DNA of 63,800 nucleotides from an uncultured Spirochaetaceae bacterium (GTDB taxonomy: Bacteria; Myxococcota_A; UBA9160; UBA4427): assembly GCA_964594405.1 (NCBI GenBank), contig CAZQMY010000001.1, positions 1 through 63,800 of the forward strand, written 5' to 3'. The notes beneath the pieces were generated by a model. It was not told the DNA's origin. It did not search any database and saw only the letters and a list, made by a program, of their open reading frames with translations. Positions within the stretch are counted from its first letter, which is position 1. Each line of letters starts with the position of its first letter. The translations under genes and the position numbers were made by a program. Below are positions 28,033-36,542 of this stretch, one piece after another.

Positions 28033-29978
28033 GGCAGCTCGGCCGGCTCGTCATCCGCGATGGCGTGGAGCTGCGGGGCGAGCCATGCCGCTGTCAGCAT
28101 CGCGCCCTGCGTCGAGAAGTGCGCGCCGTCGGTCCGCAGCGCGACGCCCTCGCGCTGGGCCTCGCAGCGCGGATCCTCGCACACCCAGTCGCCGAGCTCG
28201 AGCAACGTGACCGCGCCTCTCGTGCTCGCGACGTAGTCGCGGAGCACGGCGTTGAAGCGGTCGATGCGCCAGCGCTCGCTGATGGCGGGCTGCATGGCGC
28301 TCGCCGCGTCCTCGCGGTGATAGTAGGGGCTGCTCAGCATCACCACCCGGGCGCCCCCGCTGCCCAGCACGCGGCCCGCCCGCTCCAGCAGGCCTCGCAG
28401 GTAGGCGTCGTAGGCGGCGCTGCCGAACGCCAGCCACTCGCCTTCGACCTCGCGATCGTAGATGTCCCAGCCGCCCACGAGGACCAGCACGAGATCGGGG
28501 CGCGTCTCGACGACGTAGCGCGTCCAGTGCTCGGGCCAGTCGCCGCATCGGCTGCCGCTGTTCCGAACCAGGATCTTCCCGTTCTCCTTCAATCTGCCAT
28601 GGGCGAGCCCACATCCCGGCATCGCGCGGTTGATGACCCGGACGCCGCTGGCGCGCTCGAGAGCGGGACGGAAGCCGTTGGCAAGGCTCCAGGCCACCGA
28701 GTCGCCGACCAGGAGAACGCGCAGCTCCCGGGCGCCGCGGAGGTCGGGAAGCTCGATTCGCGCCGCTGCGACCTCGCCCTGCGCCGGAGTCGCAGGCGGT
28801 CGCGTGGACGCCACGGCGATGACGGCCACGCCTGCGGTGGAGAGCAGGGCGAGGCGCAGCGCCCACGGGCTGCGGAGGGCACCCCGCCGAATCGGCCTCT
28901 CGAGCGCGAAGTAGGAGAGCGCCGCGATGATCAGCGTGCCCGTGAGGCGCAGCGCGAAGAGCGCGATCCCGTCCAGGCCGGTCGCGGTGCGCGTGAGCAC
29001 GAGGTAGACCGGCAGATGCCAGAGGTAGAATCCGTAGGAGATCATGCCCAGCCAGCGCATGGGCGTGAAGGCAAGCAGGCTGCGTGCGGGATTGTGCCGC
29101 TCGGTGGCAGCGGCGAGGATCACGACCGCCGAGAGCAGCGAGACCAGCAGGAAGCCGCCGCGGTAGATCCAGGGCGACGCGTGCGAGGCGCCGACCCAGA
29201 GGAACGCCAGCGCCGCCAGCGCCGGCGTTCCGAGCCAGCTGAGCGCGCGCTCGGCGCGTTCGCTGCGGAAGGCCCCGAGATGCGCCGCGCAGCCAGCCGC
29301 CGCGCCGAGCAGGATCTCGGAGGCGCGCGTGTCCGTGCCGTAGTAGACGCGCGAAGGATCCCCGCCCGGCTCGTAGAGCCAGGCCATCCAGGCGAAGCTG
29401 ATCGCCGATCCGACGGCGCTCAGCCAGAGCAGGTCCTCGACCCGGCCCCGACCGCGCAGCACCAGGATCACCACCAGCGGCCAGACGAGATACCACTGCT
29501 CTTCGAGGGAGAGCGACCAGGCGTGATGGAGTGGAGAGACGCCCGCGAACGTTTCGAAGTAGGAGTGGCCCTGGATGATCTGCCACCAGTTGTTCGCATA
29601 GAAGAGCGTCGACAAGATGTCTGCGCGGATGCGGGGCAGCGCCTCGGGCGCGCCGCGCAGCAGCGCGAATGCAGCCACGCCGAGGAGCGCGAAGAGCATG
29701 GCGGGCAGGAGCCGGCGCGCACGCCGCTCCCAGAAGGCGCTGAGTCGCAGGTCACCGGTCTTGTCCCACTCGCTGAGCAGCAATCGAGTGATCAGATAGC
29801 CGGAGAGGACGAAGAAGAGGTCGAGGGCCAGGAAGCTGCCGGAGAGCCACGGGATGCTCGCGTGGAATCCCGCGATGGCCACCATCGCAAAGCCTCGCAG
29901 GCCATCGAGGGCGGGCTCGTAGGGGATGCTGCCGCGCCGCGCCGCGTCGCGGCCGCTCGCGGATCGAAGGGCCGCCAT
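28029..29978 (-). CDS. Acyltransferase-3 (OafA/YrhL-type) membrane O-acyltransferase fused to a C-terminal SGNH domain
   Basis: The N-terminus 'LDGLRGFAMVAIAGFHA' plus about 10 TM segments is typical of AT3. The C-terminus has 'VLLVGDSVAWS' and later 'DGAHFS' (SGNH blocks I/V). Confidence 0.88.
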   Translation of the reverse strand: MAALRSASGRDAARRGSIPYEPALDGLRGFAMVAIAGFHASIPWLSGSFLALDLFFVLSGYLITRLLLSEWDKTGDLRLSAFWERRARRLLPAMLFALLGVAAFALLRGAPEALPRIRADILSTLFYANNWWQIIQGHSYFETFAGVSPLHHAWSLSLEEQWYLVWPLVVILVLRGRGRVEDLLWLSAVGSAISFAWMAWLYEPGGDPSRVYYGTDTRASEILLGAAAGCAAHLGAFRSERAERALSWLGTPALAALAFLWVGASHASPWIYRGGFLLVSLLSAVVILAAATERHNPARSLLAFTPMRWLGMISYGFYLWHLPVYLVLTRTATGLDGIALFALRLTGTLIIAALSYFALERPIRRGALRSPWALRLALLSTAGVAVIAVASTRPPATPAQGEVAAARIELPDLRGARELRVLLVGDSVAWSLANGFRPALERASGVRVINRAMPGCGLAHGRLKENGKILVRNSGSRCGDWPEHWTRYVVETRPDLVLVLVGGWDIYDREVEGEWLAFGSAAYDAYLRGLLERAGRVLGSGGARVVMLSSPYYHREDAASAMQPAISERWRIDRFNAVLRDYVASTRGAVTLLELGDWVCEDPRCEAQREGVALRTDGAHFSTQGAMLTAAWLAPQLHAIADDEPAELP

Positions 29979-30328
29979 CAGCCGCCGCCCGATCCGGCCG
30001 GGGCTTCACCGAGCGGGGGGCCGCCGATGTTGCCATTGAGCCAGGTCCAGCCGCGCTTGTTCATGCAGCCGATCAGGATGATGCTGCGGTTGAGCAGCCC
30101 CTGCTCCATCACCCACGGATCGCCCAGCACCTCGTCCTGGCAGGCGCCGAGGTCCGTGTCGAAGTCGACCTTCAGGCCCGGGTCATCGGTCCAGCGGAAG
30201 TCGCTGCCTTCGGAGAAGTCATCGCCCAGCCGGACGCCGATCGCCTCCGGCTCGGGCCTGCACGCGCCGAGCGCGACGACGAGGCAGAAGCCGGCGAGGG
30301 CTGCCGTTCGGCCGCGCTGACTCGCCAT
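29978..30328 (-). CDS. Small lipoprotein, translationally coupled to the acyltransferase
   Basis: ATG at 30328. Lipobox 'VVALGAC'. The stop TGA shares its A with the ATG of the downstream gene (29976-29980). Confidence 0.6.
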   Translation of the reverse strand: MASQRGRTAALAGFCLVVALGACRPEPEAIGVRLGDDFSEGSDFRWTDDPGLKVDFDTDLGACQDEVLGDPWVMEQGLLNRSIILIGCMNKRGWTWLNGNIGGPPLGEAPAGSGGG

Positions 30329-30497
30329 GGCCCTGGTCCTGCTTCTCGGAGTCGATGCGCTCATGAGATGAAGATCCACTATGCCACGGTGAACCGATGC
30401 CTCATGCGATGGATCGAACATCCGGGCGCGCCCAAAGGATGCGAGCCGCGTCCGTTATATGATCGGATACCCAATGAACATCATCCAAAAAATTCAT

Positions 30498-30510
30498 GGG
30501 AATGTTTCCC
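30498..30510. promoter_or_regulatory. Palindrome GGGAA-TGT-TTCCC in an AT-rich divergent promoter region
   Basis: Perfect 5-bp arms inside the only clearly AT-rich stretch of the window (about 30440-30545). Confidence 0.3.
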
Positions 30511-30562
30511 ACATTTTGCCCGTTCGAGCCTAGGATGGATGTGCTGATCAAGGAGCACCCCC

Positions 30563-31564
30563 ATGGCTACCCCTCCCACCTCCGGCCGAGCCTCGGAGCC
30601 GACCTTGTCGGTGCTCGGACTTCTCGGGCTCCTCGCGCTCTGTGCGGTTCTCGTGGCCCGCACCGTGAGTGCCGCCCCCTACAGCGCGGTCTACACCTTC
30701 GGAGACAGCCTCTCCGACAGTGGCAACCTGATCCGCGCATCCGATGGTCCGGTGTGGATCGAGTACTTCGGCGAATACATCGGGCTCCCGGAAGCCGGCA
30801 TCGCGGCCAGCGACCTGGGTGACAATCACGCCGTCAGTGCCGCTGCGGCCACGCGCGATCTATGGCTCGATCTCCGGGCACAGCTCGATCGCCATCTCGG
30901 CGAGCATCCGACCTCGGATCCGGATGCCCTCTTCGTCTTCTACATCGGGCACAACGACCTGATGAGCGAGATCGCCACGTCGGCCGAGGTCCTCGCGGAG
31001 ATCGAGGCCGCGATCGATCGACTCGTGGCGACGGGGGCGCGCCGCTTCGTGGTGCTCGACCTCTGGAACATGGGACTCGCGCCGCGCTACATCGCCGATG
31101 TCGCCATGTCCATGCGTTTCCTGGAGGCGTCGGCCCGCATCTCGCAGGCATTCGGCCGGCGCAGCGACGATGTCGAGATCACGGTCGTGGACGTGTCGCG
31201 CCACGCCATGGCGATCCGTTTCGATCCCCAGCGCTACGGCTTCCAGAACTCCACCGAGCCGTGCAAGTGGAGCGAGAGCTGCGAGGGCTTCGCCTATTGG
31301 GACGACGTCCATCCCACCACAGCGCTCCATCTCTCCACGGCCAAGTACGTCGTCACCCGACTCTACGGGATCGATCGCGCCACCCTCGACAACGCCGAGC
31401 CTGCCGATGTGGCCGCGATGATCGATCAGATCGTCGCAGAGGAAGAAGAGGATCCGGCCCGAGGCTTCGATCTCGAGGACCTGCTCGGCGATGGGCCCAT
31501 CTTCCGCGAGATCGGCCCCGGGGCGCTGGACGGATCGATGGGGCCCTTCGGCGTCGACCGGTAG
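30563..31564 (+). CDS. Secreted GDSL-family lipase/esterase
   Basis: AAGGAG is upstream and there is a signal peptide. Block I 'YTFGDSLSDSGN', 'GHNDL', and block V 'WDDVHPT'. Confidence 0.88.
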   Translation: MATPPTSGRASEPTLSVLGLLGLLALCAVLVARTVSAAPYSAVYTFGDSLSDSGNLIRASDGPVWIEYFGEYIGLPEAGIAASDLGDNHAVSAAAATRDLWLDLRAQLDRHLGEHPTSDPDALFVFYIGHNDLMSEIATSAEVLAEIEAAIDRLVATGARRFVVLDLWNMGLAPRYIADVAMSMRFLEASARISQAFGRRSDDVEITVVDVSRHAMAIRFDPQRYGFQNSTEPCKWSESCEGFAYWDDVHPTTALHLSTAKYVVTRLYGIDRATLDNAEPADVAAMIDQIVAEEEEDPARGFDLEDLLGDGPIFREIGPGALDGSMGPFGVDR

Positions 31565-31613
31565 CGGCCGCGGATCGGCGCGTCCAGCCCGCGATCCGGT
31601 CCCGCCATGGGCT

Positions 31614-31628
31614 CTCGGCCGGGCCGAG
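31614..31628. terminator. Short hairpin between convergent genes
   Basis: CTCGGCC-G-GGCCGAG. The 1-nt loop means only part of the stem could pair, so this is weak. Confidence 0.25.
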
Positions 31629-31636
31629 GGCCCGGA

Positions 31637-32812
31637 TCAGCCGCGGCGCAGCAGCGTTCCCGTGCCCAGACCGCCGCCGCAGCACATGGTGACGATCGCC
31701 GTCTCCTTGTCGGCCCGCTCCAGCTCGTGCACCGCCTTTGTGAGGAGCACCGCGCCGGTGCCGCCCAGCGGATGGCCGAGCGCGATGGCGCCGCCATTGG
31801 GGTTGACCGTCTCCATGTCGGGCTTGTGCTCGCGCGCCCAGGCGAGTACGACCGAAGCGAAGGCCTCGTTGATCTCCACAAGGTCGATGTCGCTCATCGC
31901 CATGCCGTTGCCCTCGAGGAGCTTCTGGGTGGCGCCAATGGGACCCGTCAGCATCAGGGCCGGATCCGAGCCCACGAGGCAGGCATCGACGATGGTCGCC
32001 TTGGGCTCGAGGCCCAGCGCCTTCGCCTTTTCACGAGTCATCATCAGCACCGCGGCCGCGCCGTCGGAGATCTGCGAAGAGGTGCCGGCGGTGTGCACGC
32101 CGTCCGGGAGGTTGGTGCGCAGGCCGGCCAGGCCCTCGACGGTGGTCTCGCGCAGACCTTCGTCCCGGGAGATGGTAGTGGTGGTCTGGAGGGGGTTGCG
32201 GTCCTCGTCGAGCTCCGGCGCCTCGATGGGCACGATCTGCCCGTCGAAGCGACCCTCGCCCCACGCCTCCGCGCCGCGCTTCTGCGAGAGGGCGCCGAAG
32301 GCGGCGGCCTCCTCGCGCGAGATGCCCCACTGCCTGGCGATCATGTCGGCGCCCTGGAACTGCGAGGTGAACTGGTGGTGCTCCCAGTACTTCTTGGTGA
32401 CCGGCTTGCCCGCGTCGGGATCCCTGGGGATGGTGGCGCCCATGGGCACCCGGCTCATCACCTCGACGCCGCAGCCGATGGCGCAGTCGACGACACCGCT
32501 CTTGACGAGGCTGTAGGCGAGGTTGGTGGCCTGCTGAGAGGAGCCGCACTGCGCGTCCACGGTGGTGGCCGCCACGTCGAGGGGCATGCCCGCGGTGAGC
32601 CACGCCTGTCGTGCGACGTTCATGGTCTGCATGCCGACCTGGCCCACGCAGCCGCCGATCACCTGACCGACCTGCATCGGATCGATCCCGCTTCGCTGGA
32701 TGAGCGCGGTCTGGACGTCGCCCAGCAGCTCGATGGAATGAGTGCCGGAGAGGCCTCCCTTGCGCTTTCCGAGGGGGCTGCGGACGGCTTCGACGATCAC
32801 GACATCGGACAT
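31637..32812 (-). CDS. Acetyl-CoA C-acyltransferase (thiolase)
   Basis: ATG at 32812 (MSDVVIVEAVRSPLGKRKG) with AAGGAG upstream. Active-site Cys 'VDAQCGSSQQA', 'NEAFA', 'GGAIALGHPLGGTG', 'MCCGGGLGTG'. Confidence 0.95.
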   Translation of the reverse strand: MSDVVIVEAVRSPLGKRKGGLSGTHSIELLGDVQTALIQRSGIDPMQVGQVIGGCVGQVGMQTMNVARQAWLTAGMPLDVAATTVDAQCGSSQQATNLAYSLVKSGVVDCAIGCGVEVMSRVPMGATIPRDPDAGKPVTKKYWEHHQFTSQFQGADMIARQWGISREEAAAFGALSQKRGAEAWGEGRFDGQIVPIEAPELDEDRNPLQTTTTISRDEGLRETTVEGLAGLRTNLPDGVHTAGTSSQISDGAAAVLMMTREKAKALGLEPKATIVDACLVGSDPALMLTGPIGATQKLLEGNGMAMSDIDLVEINEAFASVVLAWAREHKPDMETVNPNGGAIALGHPLGGTGAVLLTKAVHELERADKETAIVTMCCGGGLGTGTLLRRG

Positions 32813-32825
32813 GAGAGGGCTCCTT

Positions 32826-32842
32826 CGAACCCAGTGGGTTCG
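32826..32842. promoter_or_regulatory. Operator-like perfect palindrome upstream of the thiolase
   Basis: CGAACCCA-G-TGGGTTCG (8-bp arms), 14-30 nt upstream of the thiolase ATG and immediately 5' of its RBS. Confidence 0.4.
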
Positions 32843-33174
32843 GTTTCGAGGGGAAGTTCGGGGAAGAGGGCGATTCGGGGCCGGGCCCGGTATGGGACCA
32901 TACAATCACCCGCCCCGCCAGCTTCGCACACGCGGAGCCCGCATGTCGTCCGAGCGAACCCGCCGGTACACTGCGCCTCGCGTCCCGCGAAGGGGGATCG
33001 CGCTCGATCCTGCAGCCGGAGCGCGGTGGGCCTCGGGTGTGGCTCGCCACTCCGCCCGGCGCTTTACGATTCTTCACAAACCGGAGAAAGCAGGGAAAGG
33101 CGCGCGCCGCACGTTCTGCTCGGGATGTCGAAGGTGGCATCCGGGAATCGTCAGGAGATCGGGAGGTCACGATC

Positions 33175-33717
33175 ATGACATGGAACGCGAGAACGAGAAC
33201 GAGAACCAGAAAGAGCCGGCTCTACATTGCGCTGCCCGTGGTGACGGTCGTCTGTGCGGTGGCGGTCAGCGCCTTCGCCATCGGCGGCAAGTACGGCGGT
33301 CGATCTCGGGGCGGAGGGCCCGACCGCATGATCGAGCGGGTGCTCGACGAGGCGGGCGCCGACGAGGCGCAGCGCGAGCAGATCCGGGCCATCATGCAGG
33401 GGGCGCACGTCGAGTCTCGCGAGGCGCGGTCCGAGCGGAGGAAGGCCTTCCACCAGCGCGTGATCGACATCCTCGCCGCCGAGACGGTCGATGCCCGGGC
33501 GCTGGAGGCGCTTCGCGCCGAGCACCTCGCGGAGATGAACGTGCACCTCGCCCAGATGAGCGAGGCGTGGGTCGCCGCGGCCAACGTGCTGAGCGCCGAG
33601 CAGCGCGTGGCCGCCGCAGAGGCGCTGCGCGAGCACGTGGAGAGGCGCGGCTCGCGCGGGTTCGGGCGACGCGGCGACTGCAGGTATGAGCGCGAAGCTG
33701 CTGATGATCGAGGATGA
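33175..33717 (+). CDS. CpxP/Spy/ZraP-family periplasmic stress sensor-chaperone-like protein
   Basis: GGGAGG lies 8 nt upstream. It has a TM/signal segment, then a helical, Arg/Glu-rich region with LTXXQ-like 'VLSAEQRVAAAEAL'. The 3' end overlaps the response-regulator gene by 32 nt. Confidence 0.6.
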   Translation: MTWNARTRTRTRKSRLYIALPVVTVVCAVAVSAFAIGGKYGGRSRGGGPDRMIERVLDEAGADEAQREQIRAIMQGAHVESREARSERRKAFHQRVIDILAAETVDARALEALRAEHLAEMNVHLAQMSEAWVAAANVLSAEQRVAAAEALREHVERRGSRGFGRRGDCRYEREAADDRG

Positions 33718-34399
33718 TGTCCGGCTCGCCGGGATGGTCGAAGACTATCTCGGCGAGCACGGCTTCACCCTGCAGATCGCCGAGAGCGGCGAGGCGGGGC
33801 TCGAGCTGCTCGACCGCGAGCGCTTCGACGCCATGCTGCTCGACGTGATGCTCCCGGGGATCGATGGCTTCGAGGTCTGCCGCAGAGCGCGGGCCCGATC
33901 GCCCCTGCCGATCATCATGCTGACGGCGCGCGGGGACGAGACCGATCGCGTGGTCGGGCTCGAGATCGGGGCGGACGACTATCTCCCCAAGCCCTTCTCG
34001 CTGCGGGAGCTGCTCGCCCGGATCCGAGCGCTGCTGCGGCGCGGACAGATCGATGCCCAGGCACGGGAGTCGGCGCCGCTGGTGCTTCGCTTCGGCGACC
34101 TCGAGATCGATGGCGGGGCGCGCGTGGCCAGGCTGCGAGGCGAGGTCTGCGAGCTCACGGCGCACCAGTTCGACCTGCTGCTCATCCTCGCCGAGCGGGA
34201 AGGGCGCGTCGTCAGCCGCGATCAGCTCATGGAGCTGCTGCGCGGCGAGATGCACTCGGCCTTCGATCGCAGCATAGACGTACACGTCTCGCGCATCCGG
34301 GCGGTCGTCGAGGACGATCCGCGAAGGCCTCGGCGCATCCTGACCGTTCGCGGTACGGGCTATCGCTTCGTCGATCCAGGCAATGCCGACTCGCCCTGA
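33686..34399 (+). CDS. OmpR/PhoB-family response regulator (CpxR-like)
   Basis: 'KLLMIEDDVRL', 'MLLDVMLPGIDGFEV', 'LTARGD', 'DDYLPKPF', and the winged-helix end 'ILTVRGTGYRF'. Confidence 0.93.
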   Translation: MSAKLLMIEDDVRLAGMVEDYLGEHGFTLQIAESGEAGLELLDRERFDAMLLDVMLPGIDGFEVCRRARARSPLPIIMLTARGDETDRVVGLEIGADDYLPKPFSLRELLARIRALLRRGQIDAQARESAPLVLRFGDLEIDGGARVARLRGEVCELTAHQFDLLLILAEREGRVVSRDQLMELLRGEMHSAFDRSIDVHVSRIRAVVEDDPRRPRRILTVRGTGYRFVDPGNADSP

Positions 34400-35694
34400 T
34401 GCGGCGTATCTACCTCGAGATCTATCTGAGCGTCATCGGCGCGTCTTTGCTGGTGGCGCTGGTCGTCTCCCTCTTCTCGCTCTGGTACTTCGAGGGCCGG
34501 CGCGAGGCCGAGCGCGATCGGCTGACGCGCATCGGCGGCGAGATCGCGGCCGCGCTTCCGCCCGCCGGCGACGAGGCCGCGCTGCAGGATGCCCTGCGCG
34601 CGGCGGCCGACGTGCACCAGGTGCGTCTCGTCCTCTGGAGCGATGACGAGCGTGTCGTGGCTTCGGCTGGTCGGCGGCGTGCACATCGTCCACCGCCGCC
34701 TCCCGATGGGCAGCGAGGGCCCGGCCGCCACCCGCCGCGCCATCACCGTGGGCCGCGGGTTGTGGTCCCGGTTCCGCAGCCGCTTGGCGGCGAGCTCGAG
34801 ATCGCCTCGAAGCGCGGCGATCGCCGTCTGCCTCGAGGCCCCTGGGTCTTCGCCGTGGCCCTGCTCGCCGGAGTCGCCATCGCCGCCTATCCGACCTCGC
34901 GTCGCATCGCGCGCGGCCTCGAGCGGCTTCGGGCCGGTGTCTCGGAGCTCGGTGAGGGCGACCTCGATGCCCGGGTCGAGGTCGAGGGCCGCGGCGAGGT
35001 GGCGGACGTCGCGCGGGCATTCAACGCCGCCGCGGAGAAGATCCAGCGTCTCGTGGAGGCGCAGGGGAGAGTGATCGCCAGCGCCTCGCACGAGCTGCGC
35101 TCACCCCTCGGCCGCCTTCGCGCCGCGGTGGAGCTGCTCGCCGAGGGTCGCGCGGAGCATCTCCCCGAGGCCGAGCGGAGCATCGCGGAGCTCGATGGTC
35201 TGATCGAGGACCTGCTGCTCGCTGCGAGACTGGGCGCCACCGATGCGGTGTGCGAGCCCGTGGACCTGAGGGCCCTCTGCGTCGAAGAGGCGGAGGGGGT
35301 CGGCGCCGAGCTCGATGCCGAGGGCGAGGTCCGGGTAGTCGGGGACGTGCGGCTCCTGCGACGCATGGTCCGCAACCTGCTCGAGAACGCGGAGCGCCAC
35401 GGCGCGCCGCCCGTGGTGATGTCCATCATCGGCGACGCCGCGCGCGGGCGCGTCGTCCTGCGCGTGCACGACTCCGGCGGCGGCGTGCCCGAGGTCGAGC
35501 GCGAGCGGATCTTCGAGCCCTTCTACCGGCCGAGCGGCCATTCCGAGGGCCGGGATGGCGGCGTCGGTCTGGGGCTCGCCCTGGTGGCGGAGATCGCGGG
35601 AAAGCACGGCGGCGCGGCGCGCTGCGTGGCCGACTCGGAGCATGGAAGCGCCTTCGAGGTCGATCTGCCGATGCGCCCTGGAGTCGGCGACTGA
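34399..35694 (+). CDS. HAMP-domain sensor histidine kinase (CpxA-like)
   Basis: The ATG overlaps the RR stop (TGATG). Two TM segments and a HAMP domain, H-box 'IASASHELRSPL', 'NLLENAERHG', 'DSGGGVP', 'GVGLGLALV'. Confidence 0.9.
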   Translation: MRRIYLEIYLSVIGASLLVALVVSLFSLWYFEGRREAERDRLTRIGGEIAAALPPAGDEAALQDALRAAADVHQVRLVLWSDDERVVASAGRRRAHRPPPPPDGQRGPGRHPPRHHRGPRVVVPVPQPLGGELEIASKRGDRRLPRGPWVFAVALLAGVAIAAYPTSRRIARGLERLRAGVSELGEGDLDARVEVEGRGEVADVARAFNAAAEKIQRLVEAQGRVIASASHELRSPLGRLRAAVELLAEGRAEHLPEAERSIAELDGLIEDLLLAARLGATDAVCEPVDLRALCVEEAEGVGAELDAEGEVRVVGDVRLLRRMVRNLLENAERHGAPPVVMSIIGDAARGRVVLRVHDSGGGVPEVERERIFEPFYRPSGHSEGRDGGVGLGLALVAEIAGKHGGAARCVADSEHGSAFEVDLPMRPGVGD

Positions 35695-35868
35695 CCCGCT
35701 CGATGGGGCGTCTGGTCCCGTCACATTCGAGTGTGTCGAGAGGCTTCCGAGCTGGCGCGAACTGCGTCACGATCTCGTGTCGGCTGGCCGTGACGAAGTG
35801 AGCAAGCGACGATCGATTCTCATGTGACGCACGACACCCTCCGATGATCTGGACCATCGGAGGGTGAG

Positions 35869-36459
35869 ATGCAGCAGATATTCGTCGCAACGGTGGTTCT
35901 CTTCATGTCGCTCCTGCCCGGCGCGGCCGGCGCCGGAGAGCCCGTGGATCAGGGCAGCTCCCGCGTCTACGTCGGTGCGTTCGGCGTCAGCTCCTGGCTC
36001 ACCGGCGCCGGCTCGGCATTCTCCAACGATGTCGTCCAGGCGGAGTTCGGTCGCAGCTTCGGCGCTGCCTTCAGCTACGGAGCCCTGATGACGCACAACT
36101 TCGCCGTCGACATGGACTTCGAATGGATCCGTGGTCACGAGCTCGACCAGACCAGCGCGCTCGGGGACTACAACGACAGGCTGGCGACCTACAGCCTGAT
36201 GGCGAATCTCTCGTGGCATCCGGTCGACTGGCGAGTCGATCCCTACGTCGGCGTCGGGATGGGCTGGATGCGCGGCACCCTGGACGCGAACGGCACGACC
36301 GGGGATGGCTTCGCCGTGCGCTTCGCGGCGGGCATCAACGTCTGGATCCTCGACAACGTCGGCATCCAGGCCGAAGGCCGCTATCTGCTCCCCGCCGGCG
36401 GCGACATCGCCAACCTCGAATCCATCGCACCGCGGGTCGGCCTGCTGACGCGCTTCTAG
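35869..36459 (+). CDS. Small outer-membrane beta-barrel protein (OmpA-beta/OmpW-like, 8-stranded type)
   Basis: Signal peptide, Gly/aromatic alternating strands, and a terminal '...RVGLLTRF'. Confidence 0.7.
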   Translation: MQQIFVATVVLFMSLLPGAAGAGEPVDQGSSRVYVGAFGVSSWLTGAGSAFSNDVVQAEFGRSFGAAFSYGALMTHNFAVDMDFEWIRGHELDQTSALGDYNDRLATYSLMANLSWHPVDWRVDPYVGVGMGWMRGTLDANGTTGDGFAVRFAAGINVWILDNVGIQAEGRYLLPAGGDIANLESIAPRVGLLTRF

Positions 36460-36499
36460 TCGAGCCGCACCGCATCACCCGGGGCGTTCTCCGCAGCAG

Positions 36500-36526
36500 C
36501 CCGAAGCCCGAACCCGAAGCCCGAAG
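36500..36526. repeat. Degenerate tandem heptamer CCCGAAG (x4)
   Basis: cccgaag cccgaa cccgaag cccgaag, directly upstream of the ATG at 36543. Confidence 0.85.
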
Positions 36527-36542
36527 CAGAAGGTCGAATCCC

